Shown here in pieces: positions 1 to 13,592 of a stretch of DNA of 64,000 bases. The position numbers and the translations under genes were made by a program. The notes beneath the pieces are model-generated. The model was not told where the DNA came from. It saw nothing but the letters and a program-made list of their open reading frames with translations, and made no database searches. Within the stretch, counting starts at the first letter, position 1. Each line of letters opens with the position of its first letter. Source of the stretch: Callorhinchus milii (Eukaryota); assembly GCF_018977255.1 (NCBI RefSeq), contig NW_024704743.1:47122001-47186000 (forward strand), given 5' to 3'.

Positions 1-128
1 TTAGCAGATAACAAAATAATTGAGGAAAATGTTTTTTAAAAAAAATTGTTGGGAATGTAAACCTTGCTTGAAACCAGAAACAGCATCTGAAAACACAAAG
101 TGAACCTCCTCCAGGGAAGCATATGTAA

Positions 129-498
129 CAATAATAATCCTTGCATTTGATATAGCCCCTTATCACATCTTCAAGACTCCTCAAAGCACTTCAGATTATA
201 TTGTAAAGTGAATTGACTGTATATTTTGTGGGCGAAACGCAGCAGCAAATTGCGCACAGAAGTATCCGACAAACATTCGTGGATTGAGTGACCAAATTAT
301 TATTATATTTATTTTGAAGGGATTATTACCCCCAAAAAGCAATGCACCAATTGACTGACAACTGGGTTCCTACTTACTGCTAGGTAAACAGAGTTGTGTG
401 GAGTACAGAAACGTGCCTCATATTTCGCCCTGCAAGGGAATCAAATCCAAATCCTCTCACTTGCGAGGCGAGTGCTTTAACCACTACTATATTGGACT
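129..498 (-). mobile_element. tRNA-headed CORE-type SINE, long form, diverged
   Basis: Reverse complement of the 17747-18122 element: head, ctgtttacctagcagtaagtaggaaccc, body and (ATT)n tail. Confidence 0.85.
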
Positions 499-1544
499 GC
501 ACAAAATATGTAAATTACAGCAACTCTAGCATTATAATAACCCTCTATTCTGAGGCGATCTCAGATCGAAGCCAAGGTCCCATGTGCCTACAAAGTAACA
601 ATCACAATACTTCACAGTGAAATCCCGTGAAGTGCTTTGAGACTTCTCAAAAACCTGATAAAACGCTGTATAAAATCCAAAGATTATTAAGATTGCAAGA
701 TTAGTTCAGATGAAGAAAGCCCTTCGGCCTGTTTGATCTCATCTTTCTACATTAACCACTCTTAGTTCTCCCATCACATGCCAACATCTGAGAAAACAAA
801 AGGGAAAAAAATATAAACCCTTGTGCTGCAGAAGCAGAAATATAAAAATGAAAGTCAACCCAAAATCACAGGAAATTTGTCTTTTGCTGCGATGCCAAAT
901 ATTTACAAAGCATGCCTGCCTGACTTGTAGTGAATTCTGGTGAAAAAATTGCTGTACACTTCATCACGCAAGTCATCGACTGAAAAAGATCAGGCAATAT
1001 CGCATTGAGTTTTGACAGGCAATTCAAAGCTGTCCTCCCTCTACTCCTTTCCACTCTGTCCTCACTGCGCTGTCAACATGCTAGTCAAAACCTCTCAGCA
1101 CCAGCCTCCTTCCATCATCATGGCTAAAAGTCCATTTATATGCTGATGATGTTCCACTCGGTATGTGGCCTCCACCCCAGCAGCAAACTGACAATAATTA
1201 AGCATCTTTACTACCTCCACAGTAACTCACTGAGATGTGTCAGTACCTCTGCTTTTGATTAATTCTAATTTTCTACCTGGTCTTGTCTGTGCAGCAACAC
1301 CACTCCTTTTACACTTCAATAAGTATAGATAGAGGCTCATTTCTGCAAGTCTACAGTGATGGATGGTTCGGTAGAAAAGGCAGAAAAGTAGGCAAAGATA
1401 TCTGGTGAAGCACCATGGCATCCAGGGCAGGAGGTTGTGGGTCCAGGTTAACGTGTTGAGCTCAACATGCTGTTCTGCTGTGGCATCTGGTTTCCTGCAT
1501 TGTACTGAGTTAGCTGGTCTCAGCAGAGTGTGATAATTGGATAT

Positions 1545-1905
1545 TATCAGGGATGAATGAATACAGCTATCAAGAAAGATTGGACGGGTTGCAGCTTCTC
1601 CCTCTAGAATTGAGATGATTGAGAGGAGATCTTACAAAGGTGTTTAAGATTATGAAAGAATCCAAGAAGGTGAATGCTGGATAGGCTGTTTCCACTTGTT
1701 GATGAGTCCAAAACGAGGGGGCATAAATATAAAGTAGCTCAGGGTAAATCTAAAAGGGGGTTTAGGAGGAACTTCTTTATGCCGAGCGTGGCAGGAATAT
1801 GGAACTCACTGCCGCAAGTTGTGGTTAAAGCAAGAAGGCATCAATGAATTTAAGAGGAAACTTGATGCACACAAGAGGGAGCAGGGAATAGAGGGATAAA
1901 GGTGC
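1545..1905 (+). mobile_element. CR1 LINE fragment (ORF2 C-terminus)
   Basis: Degenerate SYQERL..L...LRGDL..VFKIMK, SKTRGHKYK and WNSLP motifs. Confidence 0.85.
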
Positions 1906-2658
1906 AAAATTGTATAGGGTATAAACATTTGGGTGAGGTATGGAGGGGGTGGAAGGGAGGGGCTGGGTCAATCATACCACATCCAGCAATGATCAGCACC
2001 TTCTGCAAAGGAAGGGGAAAAAGTACGTGTTCAATCTATTTTGATTTCACCATGAACCTAGGGGAGTTTCTGGGGAGAGAATAGGGTAAAAGAATAGTGG
2101 AAGAGCTGGTCTAACCCACGGAAGCTATTAATCCCACAGCTCATTTGACAGATACGCTTGAATGACTGATGGTCTTTTCCCTTTCACCTCGAGGCTAGTT
2201 TTTTCTCCCTTCCTCCAGAAGTTTCAAACTGGCAACCCCGTCCTTAAAGGCAACCACAATTGCTGACATCAGTTGAGAAATAATTTAATTTGAGTCTCTT
2301 TGATGGCATCCCACTGCTTGAGCGATGAGGATAACAGACCACTGTCAATCTTATCTCTAATCGGTAAAGATTTCCTCTGACAGAAAGCATTTCCATACAG
2401 CAAATCCACACTAACCACAGGAATGATAGTGTGATAGTGCCAGTTTAAGTGCGATCCTTCGCATGCCCATTGTCCTATGGTCATCATGGCTTGCTGCAGT
2501 GGGGAAGTGGATTGGGAAGGTACAAAATATTCAGCCTCCTGCATATTATAATGAAATCTCACTGCTGTACAATGTTGAACCTGATGACAACATCCACAAC
2601 AACTTGTGTTTATATCACAAATTCAGAATGGGCATTTGGCATGAGGGAACAGGGAATA

Positions 2659-2930
2659 AATAATAATAATAATAATCCTTGCATTTGATATAGGGCTTTC
2701 CACATCTTCTAGAAGTCTCAAAGTTCTTCACAGAATAGACTGTAAAATGAATTGACTGTATTTGAGGGCGAAATGGGGCAGCAAATTGGACACAGCAGTG
2801 TCCCACAAACAGTCATGGTTTGAAGTGACCAATTTGTTATTGTTTTATTTTCTTGAGGGATTATTATCAGGCGTGTGGAGTAAGGAAACTTGCCCAAGGT
2901 TTCACCCTGCTGGGAATCGAACCCAGGTCT
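2659..2930 (-). mobile_element. CORE-type SINE, short form, head truncated
   Basis: ggagtaaggaaacttgcccaagg, B-box ggaatcgaaccc and (AAT)n tail. Confidence 0.9.
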
Positions 2931-3172
2931 GAATTGTGTGGAGCATAAACAATTGGGTGAGGTATGGAGGATGTCGAAGGGAGGGCTAATGTCATTCATA
3001 TCACATCCAGCAATGATCAGCACCTTCTGCAAAGGAAGGGGAAAAGTTGGCAAAGAATAAATTGCTGCCTCCTTACACCCTTTTTCTCAAACTCTGGTAT
3101 CATCAACATGTTCAATCTATTTTGGTTGCACCATGAACGCAGGATTATTCCAATATTTGTTCAATGTACCTG

Positions 3173-3472
3173 TCATTCTGGTTCAGTGGTAGTTCTTTTG
3201 CCTCTGAGTCAGAAGTTTGTGGGTTCAAGCCCCATGTCAGGTTTTGAACTCACATTGTGTCAGCTGACACTCCAATGCAGTGTTGCGAGTGTGTTTCATT
3301 GTCGGAGGTGCCATCCTTCGGATGAAGTTTGTGGGACATTGCTATGTGCAACTGGTCTGCCACATTCAAATACAAATATACATGCATTACACTTGACAGC
3401 AAAATCCTGTGAACTGCTTTGGCCCTCCCTGCGTGAAAGTCACTATATCAAATGTAAGTATTATTATTATTG
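3173..3472 (+). mobile_element. Deu-domain (SacSINE1-like) SINE, internally deleted
   Basis: Head gcctctgagtcagaagtttgtgggttcaagcccc, Deu-like ttgtcggaggtgccatccttcggatga, shared 3' body and tail. Family name from memory. Confidence 0.7.
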
Positions 3473-5011
3473 TTTATATAGCGCCCATCACATAGAATAA
3501 CGTCTTGGAGCACTTCACAAAGATGGGTTCAAAAACCAAGCAAAGGTGATAGGCGTGGCAAAGAGGTAGTTTTTTTTCATAGAGAGAGGGAGAGACAACA
3601 ACAAAAAATTACATTTGCATAGCGCCTTTCATGTTGGGAGGAGGTCCCAAGGCACTGGAATACAAGCCCAACTGATCTTTCATTAAAAAAATGTTCTTTG
3701 CTACCTTAAGAGGTGTGATTTTTTACCTTGTTTCTGACAAAAAATAAACGTTCATAATAAAACGATCGCAGATTCAACTCAAAAGAATTACACAAAGAGA
3801 ATACAAAAATGTTCTGTATGATCTAATCACCTTCTGAATCGCCTCTGAAAAGGGAAGGATTAGGATTTAGAAACACGAGTGAAGAATTTGAATCTGGAAC
3901 AATTGGTAAGCCTTTGAGCTGGAGAGTTCTCAGAAAAATAAGCATAATTAAATGGGTGAAAGCACAACACAGGCTATTCTCGATAGCACTGCTAAAGTGA
4001 TATACAAGAAACCTTTAACTGCATAAGCTGTCATGCTGGTTTGTGGCTACTTCAAAAAAGGATTTTTGGCTGTTTGTAAAATAGTATCTGAAGAAATATG
4101 TGAGCTAGTTTGTTCCTAGGCGAGACTTTAAACCACATTATGCTCTGTTCAGCTCGCTAAATCATGCAGAGAAAAGCTGCAGTGGTCTCTAACATGACCA
4201 ACCCATGACTGAAAAGCTTCACAATGGAAATTGGTCAGAAAACTGAATTGTGTAACGGTTGCACAGGAAAATGAGCCACTTATGAGGTTTATTTTTCAGT
4301 AAACTGAGTCCTGCTCTATAAGTTGTTTGTGTCACATATTGCGGCCAACAATTCACCCAATAAAGTCGATCTCCATGGCAATTTGTGGGACATTACTTTG
4401 TACAAATTGGTTGCCATACTCACCCTCAAAATAGACAGTCACTGCACTTTACACTACATCATGTTAAGCACTTTGAGATATCTCAACAACGTGATAAGGC
4501 ACTATATCAAATTCAAGGATTATATATATTTCAGAAAACATTGCATAATAGGTTGCAATTATTGTGAACGTTCTGCTTAAGATATCTTACTTTGCAAGGC
4601 AGATATACTAGTGAGGGTCAATGTGCTGTGATACAGATAATTGAGAGACACTGACTTCAGTGCATAGGCAGAGGGTGGAATGCATCTTTGAAATTCAAAG
4701 GTTATTGCTGGTATTTTGCTGCGGTTAGGTTTCTGCAGAGTACTGTGACTGCAATAACATTGGTTATTTATGTTGGTGAGGATAAAGGTTCCTAGAATTT
4801 TGGGTTGCCTTTAGTGCATCACTTACTGCCTGCTGATTAAAGCTGTGAAAATAAAGCGGAACTTTTCATGTGCGGCACAATCACATTTAAAGTCACAGTA
4901 GGTTAAAAATAACCTATTCTACATCCCTGCAAAATAAACACAGGGAAAGTAGCCACTAACTCCTCAAACAGCTCAGCAAGGTCTTCCAGTAAGTAGTTGT
5001 GCTACACAAGG

Positions 5012-5440
5012 CCTCAGGGTCAATCCGATCTATGCTGAGTTAGTTAATCTCAGCCAGGGAAGCAACTGGAAAGCAACAGCAGCTTAAATGCCCTACGTTA
5101 GCAAGAGAATGATTAGTCGGTGTTCTCTCTCTTGGAACCTAGAATTTCTCATTTTCTTAGGCTTAAGATTGTTGTCTTAAAATTTAAGATTGGGCAGAAT
5201 TATGGAAACAGTTAACTTCAGATTTACTTTTCGTACGATCTTAAATCTAGTTGTTAGCCTTGTCTGCAGGCTAAGAACATGAAGAGTGTATAGCACCTGA
5301 TTGCTGTCCAGTGCTCCCTACTGGAGATGCATGTGCAGATATTGGTTGAGACGTGTAACAAACAGGCTTTGCTCTAATACCCCTGTGGTGAGTAATCTTG
5401 TGACACTCATTGCCAAAGCTCGCACATGGACACTTGGAAG
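5012..5440 (+). mobile_element. Ancient AmnSINE2-like SINE, split by a palindromic element
   Basis: ctatgctgagttagttaatctcagccaggg ... cctgattgctgtccagtg ... gacactcattgccaaagctcgcacatg resemble the remembered AmnSINE2 consensus. Related pieces near 11480-11660, 21860-22080 (-), 26660-26775, 34200-34380, 56545-56780, 60980-61130 and 62090-62245 (-). Confidence 0.55.
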
Positions 5441-6639
5441 TTGATCAGTGACATTGAACCATGACCGAAGGGGAAAAGGAATCAAATACTTTTAGGAGAA
5501 GGTAAAAATTAGCAAAGCAAGAAAAAGTTGAGGCCTTATCAAATGCTTTCAGAAAATCCACAATGAGATCTAATATACAGCCCTTTCTAACAGGATTCCT
5601 TAATAAAGACTCCAAGGAGCAATAAAGAACTTCCATGAGTAACCAGATGTACATCATGCCAACCCATAGGAGTTCTGCTCTGGAAGTAGATTGTATGGAT
5701 CACAGGCTTGGCTTGCCATATATCTGATTACCCGTAGAACTGGGCAACCTTATTAGACACTACAATCTGCAGTATTTCTTGTGAAACGCTTTGAAATATA
5801 TACAAAAAGGTAAGGATTATTCATATTTGTATTCTTATCCCATTGAAATTGCCACGTTTTAAAGCTCCAAAAGAAGTATTGACAAGCCTATATGTATTAA
5901 CCAACAAGTTATAAGTCCAAGATTTCATTTACAAAAACGTGCCTTTCACAAACTCACTGTTCTGAATTTTTAAAGAATTAATTTGCATTTGTTATCTCCC
6001 AGTCCTCTGATATCATGTGCTCACTGAGGCTTGAAAACATTTCTGAAGTTACACTCCCTATTTCCAGCTTCATTAGTCTTGATACTCACTGATGAATTCT
6101 ATGTGGGGCTGGAAGTATGTTGAAACTTTGAGTGATAGTGCACTCTTTTCTCAATGACCTCACCACTCCCGTGCACATAAAATTGGTCTCATCCCCAATA
6201 ATACCATGACTCTTATACTGCTAACACAAACATATTATAAGAACTTACTAGTACAAGTGCTTTGATAATACAATCTATACTACCGGTCTGTAGAGACCAC
6301 ATTGAGTTTGGATTTAACATGACCTCAACTGAATCTGATCTCCCAGTGTCAAAATGGCCCATGTTAACAAGCACTGAGATTCCCAGCAAAATACAGTATA
6401 TCATTACTGTATATATCAATGATGAAAACCCGGCAACAATGATCACAAAATTAGCTTGGATAAAGAAGGATCCTTGGCCCATTTGATCTCATCCTTCCAG
6501 AATACCTACCCTACTGTCCTTCCATCACAACATCAAGCTATTTTTTAAATGAGTCCACTGACCTGTTACCTATCCTGAAATTGCCCTTTGCAACTCTAAC
6601 CTCTGTCTTTTTATTCTTATGTCTCAGTGCATCCAAAAG

Positions 6640-6950
6640 TGCCCATTAGCATGTTCAAAGAAGTAGGATTTGAGACGGAACTTAAAGACAGAAAGAGAAG
6701 GTGGGGTGAGACAGAGTGGTGGAGGGAGTTTCAGAGGATAGGGAGCGTAAAGGCTCGGCCACAAATGGTAACGCAGAGAGGGTGGGGATATGCAGAAAGC
6801 CCAAGTTAACACAACAAGGAGGTATCAGGGTGTGGGTGGATTTGTAGGTGATGATAGGGTCAATAGAGATGGGGAGACAGTGGTGGACTGGGATGATGGG
6901 CGTGCAGCTTTTTACGGGTGAGGATGCAGGTGGCAGAGTTTTGGATGAGT
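6640..6950 (-). mobile_element. Old L2 3' region fragment
   Basis: Minus-strand translations PIIPVHHCLPI and SLSVFKFRLKSYFF are degenerate L2 C-terminal motifs. Confidence 0.7.
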
Positions 6951-7127
6951 TTAAGATTGTGCAGGATTTTAGAAAATTCTTAATTTTGTTCTTAATTTGG
7001 AAGCGGCTTCTCATTAAGAGAAGTGAAAACACAGCTTCCAAATTAAGGCTGGGTTTTCAAAATTCTGCAAAACCTTAACTTTGAAAATGACGATCTTAAG
7101 ACCATATAATGAGAAATTCTGACTCTG
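6951..7127. mobile_element. Palindromic MITE-like element
   Basis: Perfect inverted repeat cttaatttggaagc (6991-7004) / gcttccaaattaag (7034-7047), with imperfect pairing further out. Confidence 0.65.
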
Positions 7128-7959
7128 AAACCCAGAGATCTTAACAAACAGATTATATGTTACACTTCAAAATAGCTGGAGATGGCAATAAGAGAAAAAA
7201 TACAGTTTTTGGTTTTCTAATGACAAATATGGTCATGAATTTTTAGTGCATTTCTAGTCGTGTTCTGAAGGTCAGACTCATTTCGAAATTATTTTTGTGT
7301 GTTCTTATTGGGATCCCAGAGCAGTGCCAATGCATATTGAAACATTTTTAAATATCATCTGATAAACAAGTGCTGCTTGTACAAAGGCAGACTGACCACA
7401 ATATTTGTGTAAAGTCAAGCCCCGGAAAGTCATTTATCATTAAGCCAATACAAACAATTCAAGCATATAATTTATGGATAGTGCTATTATGTTACTGTGC
7501 AACCATGGTTTTTAGTCAGTGTCTCACTGGAAAAACGAAGTGGAATGAAGCGAAAGATTAGTTCAGAGGTAGATGCCGTGCATATCTCATCATAATTAAG
7601 GAGTACAGTATTAAGGAGTACGTGAATTATTAGGTGCTCTTCTATGTTTTCCCCAGGTTTTGCATGAGTTACAAATGAAAGAATGCTTTGTTACGGGCAG
7701 TACAGAAAAACGCTTTTAAAAACACTCAAGTTTTTGCATGCACTCACAGCGCATGTTGAACTGGATGGTCATGATGAGAAAAATGCTAAGCGAGTGGGCA
7801 CATTATTCCACAGCCACAGGAAAAGTTGTGGGGGTTCTTTCTTTGTGGAAACGTTGATGGCAAAAGATTAATAGGCAGACACAGAAGAGGTACAGAAGAG
7901 CGTGTTTGGAGGATGGGTGGGTGTAAGATCAGACTTGATACTTTCCGCTCTTTAAATAG

Positions 7960-8006
7960 GTGACTGTAGAAAATGCAACATCCAGAGTGAGCGGGTGTAC
8001 AACCAG
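7960..8006 (+). other. Candidate 47-nt exon
   Basis: Acceptor ctttccgctctttaaatag, donor CAG|gtaaga; two open frames. Confidence 0.3.
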
Positions 8007-10052
8007 GTAAGATCCTCATGGCATGTCCTTCAGTTAATGAGACTAATTGACAACCAATCCATTACCTTTTGGATAATTCTCTTCCAGCTCAGCTACAACA
8101 AGAACTACTTGCACTTATTTAGCGCTCTCCACGCAGGGTAGCGTCTCAGAGAACTTAACAGTGGCGGAGCCTGAAACATGTGATTCATGCCCCATGTCAG
8201 TACTTGAGCTCATAGTCAAGGCTGATTCTCCACTACAGCGCCCGGTGAACATGTTGTTGGAGGTGCAGTATGCTACACTGCGTGAAGGGCGCTATATATA
8301 TATAGATACAAGTTGTTGTTGCAGTACTTCGGGTGATATGATAAGCCAGGTCTCATCTGCCTCTCCAATTGACTATTAAAGATTGTAAGCATATTCAAGA
8401 GTTTCTCCTGTTGTCCTGGCCAACAATTCTTCAGATGAATTGGTCATTAATTGGCTGCTGTATGTCCCTGCACAATAGCAATTACTTGTGAAGAGTTCTG
8501 AAATTTTTTGATGTTATTAGCATACCTACAAACACACAGTCAGTTCAATTGTGAACTGTGGGATATTTTAATATTATAGGTTCCATAACATCTTTTATTT
8601 TTAGTAACTATTAAAGAATTACAATTTATTAGATTTGTTTTAAAGGGAAATAAACCACCGAATATGACCACATAATTCCTGAATATTATTAATGGAAACA
8701 TTTATACATTTACTGACCTCCTTCAGTTACCTTTGTTATTTTTTTGAGCCATTAGTCAGAGAGCCTGGGGCAAATATTTGAACAAAGTTCCCTTTAATCA
8801 ACCTTCATGCAACGTCATAAATTTCTGCTCAAACGACATCAGAGTCTAAAGGACTGTCCACAACTATCATCCTATTGTATGATGTTAATGAAGCAGAACA
8901 TTGTACAGGGAGAGGGAATGCAATTCTAAACAATCTGGGTCTGTGCTGAGCTTGTAGGCTGCTGCTGAACAGCAATTTTAAAGCAAAATTCTGAAGACTT
9001 ATAGAACATTTTTCATGTTGTAAAAACATATTTCCCAAATCATTCCAGTGTAATGATGTCACTTCCTTGTGAACTACGAGTAGTTCATGGAGATGACATC
9101 ACATTTGGTACAACTGATGAATGCATTATAAATTCTCATTATTTTATATGGAACTGCCAATGATAATAATAATAATCCTTGAATTTGATACAGCACTCTA
9201 TTCACATCATCAAAATGTCTCAAAGCTTTTAAAACGCTTTGCAGGATTTTGTTGTAGAGTGTATTGACTGTATTTGCAGACAAATATGTAGGCGTATTTG
9301 TAGACACTTAATGCTAAAGAATGGAACAGGCTCCTACTTTGGACGCCCAAAGTCAGCAATAAATTCTCAGGTCAGCCATATCATTGGCCAGAGGCAATGG
9401 AAAACTCCCCCTGCTCTTCTCATCAATGAACAACATTCTGTAATAGAAAGGTTGACATTTTCCACTGCCCACATACACCATATCCATCATGTACGATTGA
9501 CAATTTAGTATTATTTTGTGCTGAATTGTGGGCAGTACTAAGTTCCAGATTACCCCCCACCAGAAAATGAATTAACCATTTGTATTCAATGATTTACGAC
9601 TCTTGTAAGTAATATAGAAAAAATGTAGGTGGTGATAGGATCTAGGACATTGATCCCCATACCTTCATATTCAGTTTTAGACTATGTTAGAGGTGATTCA
9701 ATTTGATTCCTTGCTTTACGTAATGGGGTCAATATAATAAAATATTTGACAGTTATACAATAATCCTTACATTTGATAAAGAGCATTTCGTGATGGGAGG
9801 AAATCCCACTGTTAATTGGAGTAACTGTATTTTGTAGGAACTATCCCAAAACAGCCATGAAGTAAAACACCACTTTTTTATAGTTTATAGTGTAAATTAA
9901 TAATGATAATAGTAATCCTTGCATCTGATATAGCGTCTTATTACAAGCAGAATAATTGCATTTGATATGGCGTCTTATTATTGAGAAGTCTCAGAGTGTG
10001 TCATAGAATACTGTAAGTGCTATGGGATGGTACCCCACGTGAAGGGTGCTAT

Positions 10053-10431
10053 ATAATAATAATAATCCTTGCATTTGATATAGAGCCTTATCATGTGTTC
10101 GAGATGTCTCAAAGAGCTTCATAGAATATACGGTAAAGTGAATTGACTGTACATTTTGTGGGCGAAATGCGGCAGCCAATTGCACACAGCAGTGTCCCAC
10201 AAACAGTCGTGGATTGAGTGACCAATTTGTTATCATTATTTTTTTGGATGGAATTATTACCTCCAGAAAAGTGATCCGCCAATCGAATAAACAACCGGGT
10301 TCTTACTTACTGCTAGGTAAACAAAGGCGTATGGAGTAAGGAAACTTGCCCAACATTTCGCCCTGCTGGGAATCGAACCCAGGTCTCTCGCTTGCGAGAT
10401 GAGTGCTCTAATCACTGAGCTACAGGACTCC
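10053..10431 (-). mobile_element. CORE-type SINE, long form, full length
   Basis: A-box, B-box, CORE-like segment and L2-type tail. Inserted antisense into an L2-type tail, with ATATAA at 10051-10056 and 10435-10440. Confidence 0.92.
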
Positions 10432-11849
10432 ACAATATAAATGCAAGTTGTTGTTGTAAAGTAGTGTGAGTGTGTATGTTTTCATGGCATTAGATTTCAT
10501 AAAGGCGCTGTATAAATGTAAAACTGTATAGTGAATTGCATTGTATGTTCTAGCATTCGACTGCTGGTTAGTCAATCACCAGCTGTTCTGAGTATTTTTA
10601 TTCAGCAAAAAGCCGTTAATCTTGCTAGCCACGTGACAGGTACATTTTCTGATCATGATGGTGTGTGCTTATAATGAAATCCCATCAAAGACAATACATT
10701 ACTGAAAAGTGGAGAATCAAATGTGTCATGTTATTCTGTAGCTTATAGTCAGTGGTTAATGCTTCCAGGTCACCAGTAGAATGTTTTGCTTTATTAGATT
10801 GTAGTACTAAACTATGCAGAATAAGAATGGTTTACATTTTTCATGACCCAATATATTTAAGACACTATTTTTTGAAAATTTAATTTTCTTTTTTTTCTGT
10901 TCCCCCATTTTGTTTAAACACCTTCAACAATAGGATCAAACCTCCCTGCAGTTTCCCACTATAATCACACCAAAAAAACAAGAAACAAAAAATTATACAT
11001 CAAGAGTATTATAGAAATAAGCCACTCATATGACAGTCACCAACATGTTTGCATATCTTTGCTCATTCACTTTATGGCTGTTTGTGGAACATTGCTGTAC
11101 ACAAATTCAATATTTATATTTACTGTAGAGTCTAATGATTGTGCATTTCTTATGTGAACATGGCAGCCAATTTGTGTACAGCAATGTCCCACAAACAGCC
11201 CTAAAGTGCATGACCAATTTTGTATTCGCCAGGACACTGGAAGAAACTGCCTTCTCTTTTCAAATAGTGCCACTGGGATCTTCAAAGTTCACACGAACAG
11301 GCAGACAGAACCTAGGTTTAATATCTTGCTTACAAAATACACAGTCATTTAACTTTTCAGTAAGTCCTGTGAAGCATTTTTAGACGTCCTCCTGACATGA
11401 AAAGCACTGTATCAAATGCAAGGGTTATTGCTATTTATCCTGATTTCTAAGAAGTAACCCCCACCCCACCCTTCCTAAAACTGGGCAAGCAAGTACATGT
11501 GTGCAGAACTTCTGTCATGGAAAGAATCAGGTTGTGATGTGGTAACCTTACACTGTACACTGTTCAGTCTGCCAACACTCACTATCTGGGATCAAACATG
11601 AAAAATAAAACCTTGGGCAAGGTATCAGAGGATTATCAAGGTGTGTACAATCAAGTGCAGCATGAGTTTCAATAGGGTGGAGTATAAGGAATCATGACAA
11701 GTAAAAAACATTTGGGGATGTAGGAACAGGCTGTCATGAGGGGTTAAGTGTAACTTAAAATACAGGTAGCCGTGCAGACACGATGAGCAGAATAGCCTCT
11801 TTAGGTCCTGAAAATGTCTATGAATCTACGTATTGCAACTAATTTAAAA

Positions 11850-12245
11850 CTCCTCCGCTCATATACTCACCCATTCTAAACCCCGTACTCTCATCACACC
11901 AATCCTTGCCAGGCTCCACTGGTTCCCTATCATAGAACAGATGAATGACTTCAAGATCTTCACACTCATCTTCAAATCGCTTCATGCTCTCCCTACCTCT
12001 CCAGCCTGCTTACTCTCCACTCCACCACCTGCCACCTCTGCTCAGCTGACTTTAGCTTCCTGCTTGTCCCTCATCCCCTCTGCTCCACCATTGGTGGCTG
12101 AACGTTTAGCCACTACGCCCCGAAATTTTGAAACTGTCTTCTCTCAATTACTCCACCTTGCCGCCTTATTCCCCATTTTCAGATCATGCCTGATAACTTT
12201 CCTCTTTGACAGTGCATACAGTCATCTTCCCCCTCCCCTAGCTCA
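11850..12245 (+). mobile_element. Old L2 3' region fragment
   Basis: atcacaccaatccttgccaggctccactgg (ITPILARLHW); ORF 11941..12339 FKIFTLIFKSLH...FRSCLITFLFDSAY. Confidence 0.8.
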
Positions 12246-12249
12246 GTGT

Positions 12250-13105
12250 CATAAGAACATAAGAAATAGGAGCAGGAGTAGGGCATTCGGCCCCACAAGT
12301 CTGCTCCGCCATTTAATAAGATCATGGCTGATCTTCTAACCTAATTCCACTTACCTGCCCTATCCCCATATCCCTTAAGTTTTAAAAAATCTATCAATCC
12401 AGTCTTGAATATGTTCAAGGACTGAGCATCCACAGCTTTCTGGGGTAGAGAATTCCATAAATTCACTATACAATTGCAGTAAGACTTCCCTACTCTTGTA
12501 CTTTAACCCCTTTGCAATAAACGCTAACATGCTATTAGCCTTCCTAATCGCTTGCTGTACTTGCATACTAACTTTCTGTGATTGGTATACAAGGACACCT
12601 AAATTCCTCTGAATACTAACACTATCTAGTGTCTCCCCCTCTAGAAAATAATCTGCTTTTCTATTTTTTCTACCTAGGTGAATAACTTAACTCCATCTGC
12701 CACCTTCTTGTCCACTTATTTAACCTGTTTATATCCCTTTTCATCCTCTTTGTGTCCTCCTTACAGCTTACTTTCCCACCTAGCTTTGTATTGTCCATGA
12801 ATTTATATACATTAAGCTCTATTTCCTCATCTAAGTCATTGATGTAGACTGTAAATAATTGAGGCCCAAGCACTGATCCTTGCAGCACTCCACTTGTCAC
12901 AACCTGCCAATCTGAGAAGGAGCCATTTATCCCTACTCTGTTTCTGCCTGTTAACCATTCTTCTATCCATGCTAATATATTACCCATTAATTTCATGAGC
13001 CCTAATCTTATGTAATAACTTTTTATGTGGCACCTTGCCGAATGCCTTCTGAAAATCTAAGTGCACTATATCCACTGGTTCCCCCCTATCTAACCTGCTA
13101 GTTAT
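12250..13105 (-). mobile_element. CR1 LINE, RT fragment plus 3' end, with an internal deletion near 12465
   Basis: ORF 12670..12996 VTSGVLQGSVLGPQLFTVYINDL...TKLGG; ORF 12375..12566 AIRKANSMLAFI; (ATAAGAAC)-type tail at 12250-12266. Confidence 0.92.
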
Positions 13106-13124
13106 GCTCCGTGATACTATCCTC

Positions 13125-13592
13125 CATGAATTTTACCAAGGTTTAAAGGGTTAAATTCTGAGAACAGGTTGCATAAACTTGGTCTGTATTTCCTTGAGTT
13201 TCAAGGTTGGGGAGTGATCTAACTGAGGTTTTTAAAATAATAAAGGGATTCGATAGGTTAGATACAGAGAAACTATTTCCTCTGGTGGCGGAATCCAGAA
13301 CAAGGGGGAATAATCTTAAAATTAGAGCTAGCCCATTTAGGAGTGAAATCAGGAGGCAGTTTTTCACCCAAAGAGTAATGGAAATCTGGAACTCTCTCCC
13401 CCCCAAAGGTTGTGGATGCTGGATCCATTCAAATTTTCAAGACTGAGGTGGATAGATATTTGTTAGGTCTGGGTATCAATGGATATGGGGCAAGGGTGGG
13501 TAATTTGAGTTGAGATACAGATCAACCATGATCTTATAGAATGGCAGAACAGGCTCGAGGAGCTGAATGGTCTACTCCTGTTTTTATGTCTA
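13125..13592 (+). mobile_element. CR1 LINE 3' end
   Basis: ORF 13207..13446 DLTEVFKIIKGFD...SRTRGNNLKI...FFTQRVMEIWNSLP; 3' UTR gaatggtctactcctg. Confidence 0.92.
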
